64,000 nt of DNA from Malacoraja senta (lineage: Eukaryota): NCBI GenBank assembly GCA_038087875.1, contig JAXLNO010000108.1:1-64000 (forward strand), given 5' to 3'. A model generated the notes under the pieces. That model saw only the letters and a list, made by a program, of their open reading frames with translations. It made no database searches and had not been told where the DNA came from. The translations under genes and the position numbers were made by a program. Shown in pieces: positions 39,740 to 51,294 of this stretch (its first letter is position 1; every line of letters starts with the position of its first letter).

Positions 39740-42700
39740 TCAGTATCCCGTATCTGCCTTCTCTCCATACCCTCTGATCCCTTTAGCCACAAGGGCCACA
39801 TCTAGCTCCCTCTTAAATATAGCCAATGAACTGGCCTCGACTACCCTCTGTGGCAGAGAGTTCCAGAGATTCACCACTCTCTGTGTGAAAAAAGTTCTTC
39901 TCATCTCGGTTTTAAAGGATTTCCCCCTTATCCTTAAGCTGTGACCCCTTGTCCTGGACTTCCCCAACATCGGGAGCAATCTTCCTGCATCTAGCCTGTC
40001 CAACCCCTTAAGAATTTTGTAAGTTTCTATAAGATCCCCTCTCAATCTCCTAAATTCTAGAGAGTATAAACCAAGTCTATCCAGTCTTTCTTCATAAGAC
40101 AGTCCTGACATCCCAGGAATCAGTCTGGTGAACCTTCTCTGCACTCCCTCTATGGCAATAATGTCCTTCCTCAGATTTGGAGACCAAAACTGTACGCAAT
40201 ACTCCAGGTGTGGTCTCACCAAGACCCTGTACAACTGCAGTAGAACCTCTCTGCTCCTATACTCAAATCCTTTTGCTATGAAAGCTAACATACCATTCGC
40301 TTTCTTCACTGCCAGCTGCACCTGCATGCCTACTTTCAATGACTGGTGTACCATGACACCCAGGTCTCGCTGCATCTCCCCTTTTCCTAGTCGGCCACCA
40401 TTTAGAAAATAGTCTGCTTTCCTGTTTTTGCCACCAAAATGGATAACCTCACATTTATCCACATTATACTGCATCTGCCAAACATTTGCCCACTCACCCA
40501 ACCTATCCAAGTCACCTTGCAGTCTCCTAGCATCCTCCTCACAGCTAACACTGCCCCCCAGCTGAGTGTCATCCGCAAACTTGGAGATATTGCCTTCAAT
40601 TCCCTCATCCATGTCATTAATATATATTGTAAATAGCTGGGGTCCCAGCACTGAGCCTTGCGGTACCCCACTAGTCACTGCCTGCCATTGTGAAAAGGAC
40701 CCGTTTACTCCTACTCTTTGCTTCCTGTTTGCCAGCCAGTTCTCTATCCACATCAATACTGAACCCCCAATGCCATGTGCTTTAAGTTTGTATACTAATC
40801 TCTTATGTGGGACCTTGTCGAAAGCCTTCTGGAAGTCCAGATACACCACATCCACTGGTTCTCCCCTATCCACGCTACTAGTTACATGCTGACTTTGTCC
40901 AATGATTTCACCACTTTCCAAATGTGCTGCTATCCCATCTTTAATAACTGACTCTAGCAGTTTCCCCACTACCGATGTTAGACTAACTGGTCTGTAATTC
41001 CCCGTTTTCTCTCTCCCTCCCTTCTTAAAAAGTGGGGTTACGTTTGCTACCCGCCAATCCTCAGGAACTACTCCAGAATCTAAAGAATTTTGAAAGATTA
41101 TTAATAATGCATCCACTATTTCTGGAGCTACTTCCTTAAGTACTCTGGGATGCAGCCTATCTGGCCCTGGGGATTTATCGGCCTTTAATCCATTCAATTT
41201 ACCCAAAACCACTTCCCGACTAACCTGGATTTCACTCAATTCCTCCAACTCCTTTGACCCGCGGTCCCCTGCTATTTCCGGCAGATTATTTATGTCTTCC
41301 TGAGTGAAGACGGAACCAAAGTAGTTATTCAATTGGTCCGCCATATCCTTGTTCCCCATGATCAACTCACCTGTTTCTGACTGCAAGGGACCTACATTTG
41401 TTTTAACTAATCTCTTTCTTTTTACATATTTATAAAAACTTTTGCAGTCAGTTTTTATGTTCCCTGCCAGTTTTCTTTCATAATCTATTTTTCCTTTCCT
41501 AATTAAGCCCTTTGTCCTCCTCTGCTGGTCTCTGAATTTCTCCCAGTCCTCTGGTATGCTGCTTTTTCTGGCTAATTTGTACGCATCATCTTTCGCTTTG
41601 ATACCATCCCTGATTTCCCTTGTTATCCACGGATGCACTACCTTCCCTGATTTATTATTTTGCCAAACTGGGATGAACAATTTTTGTAGTTCATCCATGC
41701 AGTCTTTAAATGTCTTCCATTGCATGTCCACCGTCAACCCTTTTAGAATTAATTGCCAGTCAATCATGGCCAATTCATGTCTCATACCCTCAAAGTTACC
41801 TTTCTTTAAGTTCAGAACCATTGTTTCTGAATTAACAATGTCACTCTCCATCCTAATGAAGAACTCAACCATATTATGGTCACTCTTGCCCAAGGGGGCA
41901 CGTACAACAAGACTGCTAACTAACCCTTCCTCATTACTCAATACCCAGTCTAAAATAGCCTGCTCTCTCGTTGGTTCCTCTACATGTTGATTTAGATAAC
42001 TATCCCGCATACATTCCAAGAAATCTTCTTCCTCAGCACCCCTGCCAATTTGATTCACCCATTCTATATGTAGATTGAAGTCACCCATTATAACTGTTTT
42101 GCCTTTGTCGCACGCATTTCTAATTTCCTGTTTGATGCCATCCCCAACTTCACTACTACTGCTAGGTGGCCTGTACACAACACCCACCAGCGTTTTCTGC
42201 CCCTTAGTGTTTCGCAGCTCTACCCATACCGATTCCACATCCTCGAAGCTAATGTCCTTCCTTTCCACTGCGTTAATCTCCTCTCTAACCAGCAACGCTA
42301 CCCCACCTCCTTTTCCTTTCTCTCTATCCCTCCTGAATATTGAATATCCCTGGATGTTCAGCTCCCAGCCTTGGTCACCCTGGAGCCATGTCTCCGTGAT
42401 CCCAACTATATCATAGTCATTAATAGCTATCTGCACATTCAACTCATCCACCTTATTACGAATGCTCCTTGCATTGAGACACAAAGCCTTCAGGCTTGTT
42501 TTTACAACACTCTTACCCCTTATACAATTATGTTGAAAAGTGGCCCTTTTTGATTTTTGCCCTGGATTTGTCTGTCTTCCACTTTTACTTTTCACCTTGC
42601 TACCTATTGCTTCTACCCTCATTTTACACTCCTCTGTCTCTACGCTCACACATTTAAGAAACCCTTTCCCTTTAACTCCATCCTCCACTATCCCATTCGA

Positions 42701-42778
42701 CACCCCACCCCCCTTATTCAGTTTAAAACCACCCGTGTAGCAGTGGCAAACCTGCCTGCCAGAATGCTGGTCCCACAC
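39740..42778 (-). CDS. CR1 ORF2: APE endonuclease plus reverse transcriptase (open frame, internal in-frame deletion)
   Basis: APE motifs LNARS, ITETWL, VYRPP, GDFN and SDH; RT motifs NYRPVSL, LDFQKAFD, GVPQGSVLGP and FADD. True start uncertain. Confidence 0.93.
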   Translation of the reverse strand: MWDQHSGRQVCHCYTGGFKLNKGGGVSNGIVEDGVKGKGFLKCVSVETEECKMRVEAIGSKVKSKSGRQTNPGQKSKRATFQHNCIRGKSVVKTSLKALCLNARSIRNKVDELNVQIAINDYDIVGITETWLQGDQGWELNIQGYSIFRRDREKGKGGGVALLVREEINAVERKDISFEDVESVWVELRNTKGQKTLVGVVYRPPSSSSEVGDGIKQEIRNACDKGKTVIMGDFNLHIEWVNQIGRGAEEEDFLECMRDSYLNQHVEEPTREQAILDWVLSNEEGLVSSLVVRAPLGKSDHNMVEFFIRMESDIVNSETMVLNLKKGNFEGMRHELAMIDWQLILKGLTVDMQWKTFKDCMDELQKLFIPVWQNNKSGKVVHPWITREIRDGIKAKDDAYKLARKSSIPEDWEKFRDQQRRTKGLIRKGKIDYERKLAGNIKTDCKSFYKYVKRKRLVKTNVGPLQSETGELIMGNKDMADQLNNYFGSVFTQEDINNLPEIAGDRGSKELEELSEIQVSREVVLGKLNGLKADKSPGPDRLHPRVLKEVAPEIVDALLIIFQNSLDSGVVPEDWRVANVTPLFKKGGREKTGNYRPVSLTSVVGKLLESVIKDGIAAHLESGEIIGQSQHVTSSVDRGEPVDVVYLDFQKAFDKVPHKRLVYKLKAHGIGGSVLMWIENWLANRKQRVGVNGSFSQWQAVTSGVPQGSVLGPQLFTIYINDMDEGIEGNISKFADDTQLGGSVSCEEDARRLQGDLDRLGEWANVWQMQYNVDKCEVIHFGGKNRKADYFLNGGRLGKGEMQRDLGVMVHQSLKVGMQVQLAVKKANGMLAFIAKGFEYRSREVLLQLYRVLVRPHLEYCVQFWSPNLRKDIIAIEGVQRRFTRLIPGMSGLSYEERLDRLGLYSLEFRRLRGDLIETYKILKGLDRLDAGRLLPMLGKSRTRGHSLRIRGKSFKTEMRRTFFTQRVVNLWNSLPQRVVEASSLAIFKRELDVALVAKGIRGYGEKADTGY

Positions 42779-43644
42779 CTGTTAAGATGCAATCCGTCCC
42801 TTTTGTACAGTTCCCCCTTACCCCAAAACAGATCCCAGTGATCTAAGAATCTAAATCCCTGCCCCGTGCACCAGTTCCTGAGCCACACGTTCAGGTCCCG
42901 TATCTCCCTGTTCCTGCTCTCGCCAGCACGAGGAACTGGAAGCAAACCGGAGATAACAACCCTGGAGGTCCTGCTTTTCAGCATTTTTCCGAGCTCTCTA
43001 AAGTCACGCTGGAGAATATTCATCCCCTTCTTTCCGACATCGTTTGTGCCGACATGCACTACCACTTCCGGATGTTCACCTTCGCCCTTGAGGATTTTCT
43101 GCACTCTGTCCGTGACATCCTGGATCCTGGCACCAGGAAGGCAGCACACCATCCTCGCATCCCGTCTGTTGCCACAGAAACCCCTGTCCGTACCTCTCAC
43201 AATGGAGTCTCCCACTACAATGGCGTTGCCTGCCTTAGGCCTTTTTGGTTTTGGCTTAACAGCCCTATTCGCATCGCAAGCCAGTCCGCCGCTCAGTGTA
43301 AACACGTCTTCTGTCCCAACAGCTTCTAAGTGGGTGAACCTGTTCACAAGAGGTACAACACCCGGGGACGTTGGCATTCCATGCTTCCCTCCCTTTCTCA
43401 CCGTCTCCCACCTTCTCTCTTCCAGTACCTTAGGTGTAACAATCGTACTGTAGGACTTGTCGAGGAACGACTCCGTTTCTCGGACGAACCGGAGGTCATC
43501 CACTTGCTTCTCCAGTTCCCCAACACGGCCCTTCAGGAGCTCTACCTGGATGCACTTCTCGCATTTGTAGCAGCCAGAGGCACCAGCGGTGTCCTTGACC
43601 TCCCACATACTGCAAGCATCGCACTGAATCAGCTTGCCTGACAT
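42718..43644 (-). CDS. CR1 ORF1: zinc finger/leucine zipper plus SGNH esterase domain
   Basis: CDAC...CEKC, heptad leucines, GDS, VHVGTND and DGLHLN motifs. Confidence 0.92.
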   Translation of the reverse strand: MSGKLIQCDACSMWEVKDTAGASGCYKCEKCIQVELLKGRVGELEKQVDDLRFVRETESFLDKSYSTIVTPKVLEERRWETVRKGGKHGMPTSPGVVPLVNRFTHLEAVGTEDVFTLSGGLACDANRAVKPKPKRPKAGNAIVVGDSIVRGTDRGFCGNRRDARMVCCLPGARIQDVTDRVQKILKGEGEHPEVVVHVGTNDVGKKGMNILQRDFRELGKMLKSRTSRVVISGLLPVPRAGESRNREIRDLNVWLRNWCTGQGFRFLDHWDLFWGKGELYKRDGLHLNRCGTSILAGRFATATRVVLN

Positions 43645-43810
43645 CTCCTTCTTTTGTCTCTACCTCTCAAGCGTATCGCGTGGTGTCCTCTCCTCGCACA
43701 GGGCACTTCCCTCACAAGGCCGCTCACTCACTGCCGCTCGCTAAGAGCCGTCTTGCTTAAATTGACGGATAAATTGCCTGATTTACCAATTTACAAACAA
43801 AATTCCTCAG

Positions 43811-44079
43811 TTTTCAACTGTTTTCCCGGCACTGACTCACTTCTCTCCTTCCACTCGGGCTAGAGCCAATCAGTCGTATCTCTTGCTAATCTCCTGCTGC
43901 TGTTGCTCCCAAATCTACAGCAGTTCTGAATAAAGTCTGCCTGTGCTTGGCTTCTACTTTTCAACTGTTTTTCCCCCCTCTGACTCACTTCTCTCCTCCC
44001 ACTCGGGCTAGAGCCAATCAGTCGTATCTCTTGCTAATCTCCTGCTGCTGTTGCTCCCAAATCTACAGCAGTTCTGAAT
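43811..44079. repeat. ~148-bp tandem monomer in the CR1 5' UTR (two copies)
   Basis: tgactcacttctctcc...gagccaatcag...gttctgaat at 43833 and 43981. Confidence 0.9.
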
Positions 44080-44247
44080 GCAAGGTGTTTGTTCCGTGAG
44101 TGTCACTAATGTCAATCAGCAGGTATGAGGTCGTGTCGCAGGAGACCTATCGTTCTATATATCTCGGTGCCCACCAAAACGCATCGCAACAGGGCTGCAG
44201 CGTTGACGGACTGACGGAGTCACAGGAGTTAATTGTGTCTTCCAGCT

Positions 44248-44317
44248 ATGGGATATCCATTGATCTTTCGAATTGAAAATATATATTATCGTGCAATAGC
44301 GGCTGTCGCTGTTTTTG
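44248..44317 (+). CDS. GPR139/GPR142-like GPCR, copy 2, coding exon 1 (MGYPLIFRIENIYYRAIAAVAVF + G)
   Basis: ATG at 44248; 70 nt; G|GTAATT donor; homologous to copy 1 exon 1. Confidence 0.9.
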
Positions 44318-44564
44318 GTAATTTATTTTGTCTTTGATTTACATGCACGTGCATTAGCTGGGAGAAATTCCGTGAACTCCGGTGCTGCCGACGTTAAACA
44401 ATTTTTTTTCTGTTTCAATAATTCACTTGTTTAATTTAATTCACTTGTTCCTACTGTAACTGTCGCAATGTGTACGTCATGCCCGTTGTTTATGCTGGCC
44501 TGGCATTCTTTGTACTGGATGCGCTGGCCAGATCCCTGACCAGAGAGCAGGTATCAGGTAATCG

Positions 44565-45091
44565 CAATAGACAATTGACAATAGGTGCAGGAGTCGGCCA
44601 TTCGGACCTTCGAGCCACCGCCGCCATTCAATGTGATCATGGCTGATCAGTACCCCGTTCCTGCCTTCTCCCCATATCCCCTCACTCCGCCATCTTTACG
44701 AGCTCTATCTAGCTCTCTCTCGAAAGTATCCAGAGAACCGGCCTCCACCGCCCTCTGAGGCAGAGAATTCCACAGATTCACAACTCTCTGTGAGAAAATG
44801 TGTTTCCTCGTCTCCGTTCTAAATGGCTTATTCCTAATACTTAAACTGTGGCCAATGGTTCTGGACTCCCCCAACATCGGGAAGATGTTTCCTGCCTCTA
44901 TCGTGTCCAAACCGTTAATAATCTTATGTTTCAATAAGATATCCTCTCATCCTTCTAAATTCCAGAGTATACAAGTCCAGCAGCTCCATTCTCTCAGCAT
45001 ATGACAGTCACGCCATCTCGGGAATTAACCTGGCGAACCTACGCTGTAACCCCTCAAAAGCAAGAATGTCCTTCCTCAAATTAGGGGACCC
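44565..45091 (-). mobile_element. CR1 3' fragment in the copy 2 intron (insertion junction shared with copy 3)
   Basis: ORF 44647-44934 is the CR1 C-terminus; junction ggggac|cctgagattgg. Confidence 0.9.
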
Positions 45092-45419
45092 TGAGATTGG
45101 ATTTTTGTTGACCAGGAGCTGAGATAATGGCACCTTGGGCTCCTTCCATGGATAGTCTGAAACCAGTTAGTGAAATGACATCTGTTCCCAATCGGACAAC
45201 CCTGCTTAACTGAATATATAATCTATATATGTTCTGCAGTCGGCGCTGCGTGACGCGTTATCCCGTTTTAGACCTGTAATTCTGCAGCTCGTTAGATAAA
45301 GCAAGTGAATGTCACGTGCTGGTTTCTGACTCTATGAAAGTGTCACGATTTTACTAAGCGTTAATTCAGATGTAAACAAATGTTGTCACGTAATATTATG
45401 TCAGTTAATGTTATGTATT

Positions 45420-46755
45420 TGGATAGCAGAAACAGGATCGATCCGAGTCAGCATGGATTTACGAAGGGGAAATTATGATTGACTAACCTTCTGGAATGTA
45501 ACTAGGAAAATGGACAAGGGAGAGCCAGTGGATGTAGAGTACCTGGACTTTCAGAAATCATTTGATAAGGTCTCACATAGGAGATTAGTGGGCAAAAAAT
45601 TAGGGTACATGGTATTTGGAGTAGAGTGCCGACATGGATAGAAAATTAGTAGGCAGACAGGAATCAAAGAGTAGGGATTAATGGGTCCCTTTCAGAATGG
45701 CAGGCAGTGACTAGTGTGGTGCCGCAAGGCTCGGTGCTGGGACCGCAGCTATTTACAATATACATCAATGATTTGGATGATGGGACTCAAAGCAACATTA
45801 GCAAATTTGCAGATGACACAAAGCTGGGTGGCAGTGTGAACTGTGAGGAGGTTGCTATGAGAATGCAGGGTGACTTGGACACATTGGGTGAGTGGGCAGA
45901 TGTATGGCAGATGGAGTTTAATGTGGATACATGTGAGGTTATCCACTTTGGTGTCAAAAACAGGAAAGCAGATTACTATCTTAATGGCGTCAAGTTGGGA
46001 AAAGGGCAAGTACAACGGGATCTGATGGTCCTTGTTCATCATTCTATGAAAATAAGCATGCAGGTACAGCAGGCAGTGATGAAAGCGAAAGGCTTGTTGG
46101 CCTCCATAACAACATGAGTCGAGCATATGAACAAAGAGTTCCTTCTGCAGTTGTACGGATACCTAGTGAGACCACAGCTGAAGTATTGTGTGCAGTTTTG
46201 GTCCCCTAATTTGAGGAAGGACATTCTTGCTATTGAGGAATGCAGCGTCTGTTCACAGGTTTAATTCCCGGGATGGCGGGACTGTCATATGCTGAAAGAA
46301 TGGAGCGGCTGGGCTTGTACACTCTGGAGTTTAGAAGGTTGAAAGAGTATCTTAATGAAACGTAAGATTTTTAAGGGTTTGGACATGCTAGAGGCATGAA
46401 ACATGTTCCCGATGTTGGGGGACTGCAGAACCAGGGAACACAGTATAAAATAAGTGGTAAGCCATTTAGAACGGAGATGACAAAACACTTTTTCTCATAG
46501 AGAGTTGAAAGTCTGTGGAATTATTTGCCTCAGAGTGCGGTGGAGGCCGGTTCTGTGGATACTTTCCAGAGAGAGCTAGATAGGACTCTTAAAGATAGTG
46601 AAGTCAGGGGATACGGGGAGAAGGCAAGAGCGGGGTACTGATTGAGGATGATCAGCCATGATCTCATTGAATGGCGGTCCTGGATTGAAGGGCTGAATGG
46701 CCTACTCCTGCACCTAATGTCTATTGTCTATTGTCTATTGTCTATTGTCTATTGT
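45420..46755 (+). mobile_element. CR1 RT/3' fragment in the copy 2 intron
   Basis: VPQGSVLGPQLF...FADDTKL; (tattgtc)n tail. Confidence 0.9.
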
Positions 46756-47275
46756 ATCTTGACATCCTCACCTTCGGACGATCTGTAAATTCGAATGTAT
46801 TACCGCAGATGTATCTGTACATCCTTGACAACGTGCCACAGTCAGTAGTGCCGGTGTCGCACAGTTCCGGAGACGCAGGTTCAATCTCAACCTCCTATGT
46901 GCAATGTTTCATCGTTCGTACTCCGACGCCGCGCTACTCCTGGCTGCGCTCTTGTTTCCTCCCACATGCAATTGAGCTACTGCCTATTAGTGGTTTCTGT
47001 AACTACTGTATACGGGACTTTGTGTAGATGGAAGCTACAATCTGGTGGACATTTAATAAAAATGTGGGGAGAATTAAAAGCTGTCAACGTAATATACATT
47101 GGTGTTTGATGAGTTGCGTGGACACCGTGGTCCAAAGGTTGTAGTCTCTGAACTCTGTCGGAGCTAAAGGTCATTTGGTCAACGCATCCAAGTTTGAAAA
47201 CCTTCCAATCAGACAATGTTCCTAAGATACATTTTGCGGGTTTTGTATAAATAATATCTCTTCTCTCTCTCACAG

Positions 47276-48174
47276 TGAACTTGCTGGCGATTGTGATTCT
47301 CTGTCGAGGTAAATGCGGTCTCTCCAAATGCATCACTCTCTACCTGGTGGCCATGGCAGTGTCTGATCTTCTGGTCGGCATCACTGACCCGTTTCTACGT
47401 ATGACTGTTCTAATTTACTTCCCGTATTCTTTGCTGAACATTACTCCCGTGTGCACGACTATCTATTTCCTCGTCTTTGCAACCACCGCGGTCTCTGTCT
47501 GGCTGACGGTCGCCTTCACCTTCGATCGGTTTGCGGCTATTTGTTGTGCGAAGCTGAAAACAAGATATTGCACTGAGAGAACGGCGGCTGTGATTATCGG
47601 GGCAGTGAGTGTGCTGGGCTGTTTAGAGAACGTCCCCCGGTGTTTTATGATAGAACCTGGCTACGTGTTTGATAATCTTCCCTGGGAGTGCTACGAAAAA
47701 ACCACTTTCCATACGTCGTCTGCATGGATCGCATATAATGTCACACACCGCATTCTAACCCCTTGTATCCCGTTCTTCCTGACCCTTCTGCTTAATGTGC
47801 TGACGGCCAGGCGGATTGTAGCGGCCAGCAGAGTCCGCAGGGGGCTCCGAGGGAAAAGCAACGGAGAGAATGACAAGGACCCGGAGATGGAGAATCGCAG
47901 GAAATCTATTGTTTTACTCTGCAGTATCACGGGCACTTTCATATTGCTGTGGGCAACACAAGCTGTCTTTTACATCTTTACCAGTATTGCGAAGACCGAA
48001 AATGACGGCTCCCCCACCGGTTATTACTATATCACGAATGCCACGTCGAGCTTCTTACAGCTGCTCAGTACCTGCACAAACACGTGTATATACGTGGTGA
48101 CCCAGAGTAAATTCAGGGACGAACTGATGAACGCGATTAAATTCCCAGTGAGAGCAATTCGTGCACTTGTTTGA
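47276..48174 (+). CDS. GPR139/GPR142-like GPCR, copy 2, coding exon 2 (spliced product 322 aa)
   Basis: ctctctctcacAG|TGAAC acceptor; intact 7TM with DRF and CTNTCIY; the TGA stop is formed at the L2 junction. Confidence 0.92.
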
Positions 48175-51100
48175 TGTATGGGTAGATGAATGGGCTCGGC
48201 CTTGCGGCGGCCGCCGCACGCGCCGAGCCTGGAGACGGGGTAAACGCGAAGAACCTCGCCCGCGCCCGTTTATCATCTGCTTACCTCGCCCAGCACTCTG
48301 AGGACGGACGTTGTCGGCCCTACCGCTCCATCCACCGGCGGTCCCTCGAGCCCAGGTATGCCTTTCTCCGGTCGATCCTCCCGGTTCCAGGTCTGTCGGC
48401 ACGCGGGCTCCCAGCCAGGCCCTGTGTGAAGCGCAGCGGCGTGGTCTCCCTGAACCCCCGCCCGCTGGCGTGGGAGCCGCTACCGGCCCTCAACTCACCT
48501 GCAGTCCCTGCAAAAGTGGCCCTGATCAATGCGAGATCAGTGCTGAAGAAAACCTTCGTCCTCAATGACTTCTTCACCGCACGTGGATTGGACTTCCTAC
48601 TGATCACTGAAACCTGGCTTAAACCTGGTGAGCTTGCTCCACTCGTGGAACTCTGCCCTGATACCTGTAACTTTCTCAGCTCGCCCGGGCTCTCAGGTCG
48701 TGTTGGGGGCCTAGCCACTATGTGTAAGAAGAATTTCAACTGCCGCCTTCTGAACACTGATCACGTCTCCAGTTTTGAACATCAACTAAGCATAGTTGGT
48801 CTAATCTGTCTGCTTTTAATTGTTCTCGTGTATCGCCCACCAAAGATGCATGAGGACTTTATCTCACATTGGTGCTCTTATTGCTAGCTTGTTGCCCAAA
48901 TTTGACCAGGTCCTGATTCTTTGTGACTTTAACATTCATGTTTGCTGTCCCACGAAGCCTCTTGTGAGTGAAGTTATGAACCTGGTTGAGTCCTTCAATC
49001 TGTCTCTACTCACCACTGGACCCACGCACAAGCTTGGCGATACACTAGACCTAGTGCTTTCGTCTGGTCTCCCAACTCGTAACACAGATTTTATTGATGC
49101 CTGCCTGTCTGATCATAGTGCTATTATATTTGATATATCTCTGCCTTTCTCTCCCTCAAAATCCCATCTCCCTGCTCGCTACTCCCGCTACGTTAACTCC
49201 ACGACGGCCAGTAAGTTCTCTGAGGCTCTCATAGCCGCCCCCGACATCTGCACTATTGAGTCGTCCACCCCCATCTCAGTACCGACGACCTAATTTATTT
49301 ATTCAATAATACCTGCTCTTCCGTCCTGGATTATGTTGCTCCTCTTAAAATGAAAAAGCCTAAGCCTAAAGGCGAGCCGTGGCTCAATGATACCACCAGA
49401 GCGCGCAAAATTCCAAGCTCATATTTACCACCATCACCTCCGTCATTTGTCCTGCCACCAGCACCAGCCTAACTGGGTCCCCTGCTAAGTGCGAGGAATT
49501 TACCACATGTTTCACCAGCAAGGTAAAGAACATAAGAACGAATATTTCCCCTCCCACCCGTGACCTGGCTGTCTCATTGGTCCGCTCCTCAAAATTAGAC
49601 TGTTTCCAACCCGTTACTCTACCCTCCCTTGTAAAACTGATCACCAACATGAAACCTACTACCTGCCCCCTCGACACTGTCCCCTCTGCCCTCCTAAAGG
49701 ACGTCATTACAACAGCTGGTCCCAGCATCCTCGCCATCTTCAACAGCTCTCTTGCCACTGGCACTGTACCTACCTGCTTCAAGCATGCGGTGGTCCAACC
49801 ACTCCTGAGAAAGCCTAACCTCTACCCCACCTTGCCAAGCAACTACAGACCCATTTCTAAACTGCCTTTCCTCTCAAAAGCCCTTGAAAAGGTAATTTTA
49901 AGTGAACTTATACCTTACCTTCACCAAAACACTATCTTGGAAACTTTCCAAACTTTCCAATCAGGTTTCAGGGCTCACCATAGCACAGAGTCTGCCTTGT
50001 TGAAGGTACACAATGACCTACTGCTCACCGTTGACTCCGGCGACTGTGCAATTCTGCTCCTTCTTGACCTCCGCGTAGCATTTGATACTGTCGACCACAC
50101 CATCCTAATTGACCGTCTCCGGTATGGGGTTCGTATTGATGGCACTACCCTGAGCTGGTTCATCTCCTAACTCAAAAGTAGGAGTTTCTCGACTTTCTCC
50201 TCCCCAGCTAATCTCTGCTGTGGGGTTCCACAAGGTTCCATCCTTGGCACCATTCTCTTATCCCTGTATATGCTCCCCTTAGGCCAAGTCATTGAAAGGC
50301 ACGGCATTTCCTTCCATTGCTACGCAGACGGTACACAACACTATCTCCCCCTGAAGCCCCAAAACCAACCAAATCTGTTTAACCTTACCCACTGCCTCGA
50401 GGATATAAAGTGTTGGATGGCCCAGAACTTCCTGCAAATAAACGAGAGTAAGTCTGAGGTCATCCTTCTCGGCCCCTCGGACTCAATCAAAATGATAGCA
50501 GGCAGCCTTGGAAGCCTTACCCCACTACTCAAACCTCACGTCAAAAACCTTGGCGTGATATTTGACTCAGCACTGAAATTTGACAAACAAGTCAATGCCG
50601 TGGTAAAAGCTAGCTTCTTTCAGCTTCGGACGATAGCTAAAATAAAACAATTTCTCCAGTTTGATGACCTCGAAAGGTTCATCCACACATTCACCTCCTC
50701 CCGCCTAGATTACTGCAACTCCCTTTACACTGGCATCAGCCAATCTTCCCTGTCCCGCCTACAACTGGTCCAAAACGCCGCAGCGAGACTCCTGACGGGC
50801 ACCCGAAAAAGGAACCACATCACACCGATCCTGGCCTCTCTCGACTGGCTCCCTGTGCGGTTCCGTATAACCTTCAAGATCCTCCTCCATGTCTACAAAG
50901 CCCTAAATGGGCTTGCCCCCACCTACTTAAAAAGTCTTCTCACCCACAACTCCACCTCCAGGCCCCTCAGATCGGTCGACATGGGGTTGCTGAATATCCC
51001 ACGGTCTAGGCATAAGCTCAAGGGCGACCGCGCCTTTGCGGTTGCAGCCCCTAGACTGTAGAACAGCATCCCCTTTCCCATCAGAACTGCCCCCTCCATC

Positions 51101-51294
51101 GACTCGTTTAAGTCAAGACTAAAGACTTATATATACTCCCAAGCCTTTCCTGACGTCCTCTGAGTGAGGGCTACATGTATATATGTATGTATTTTATTTT
51201 TGTTTGTGCTATTATAACAAATGTAAAGCACTTTGGTAAATGAGAGTTGTTTTTTAAATGTGCTATATAAATAAATGTGACTTGACTTGACTTG
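48174..51294 (+). mobile_element. L2-clade LINE, most of ORF2 (APE plus RT), frameshifted and inactive
   Basis: INARS, ITETWL, VYRPP, SDH; NYRPISKL, QSGFR, AFDTVDH, YADG (catalytic YADD altered); (CTTGA)n tail; 9-bp direct repeat ACTTGTTTG at 48165-48173 and 51295-51303. Confidence 0.92.

Larger units (their letters stand above)
39634..44079 (-). mobile_element. Near full-length CR1-clade LINE (ORF1, ORF2, 5' monomer repeats, (GTTTCTAT)n tail)
   Basis: Two long open ORFs; the empty site gctgtgat|gcaaggtg is at paralogous position 22308/22309. Confidence 0.95.

Noticed and set aside
40128..43641. Plus-strand ORFs overlapping the CR1
   Set aside because: Antisense shadows of CR1 ORF1 and ORF2; similar peptides recur at other CR1 fragments.
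42718..43644. Host SGNH lipase/esterase gene
   Set aside because: Its position directly upstream of APE-RT and the zinc finger/leucine zipper N-terminus identify it as CR1 ORF1, a known architecture.
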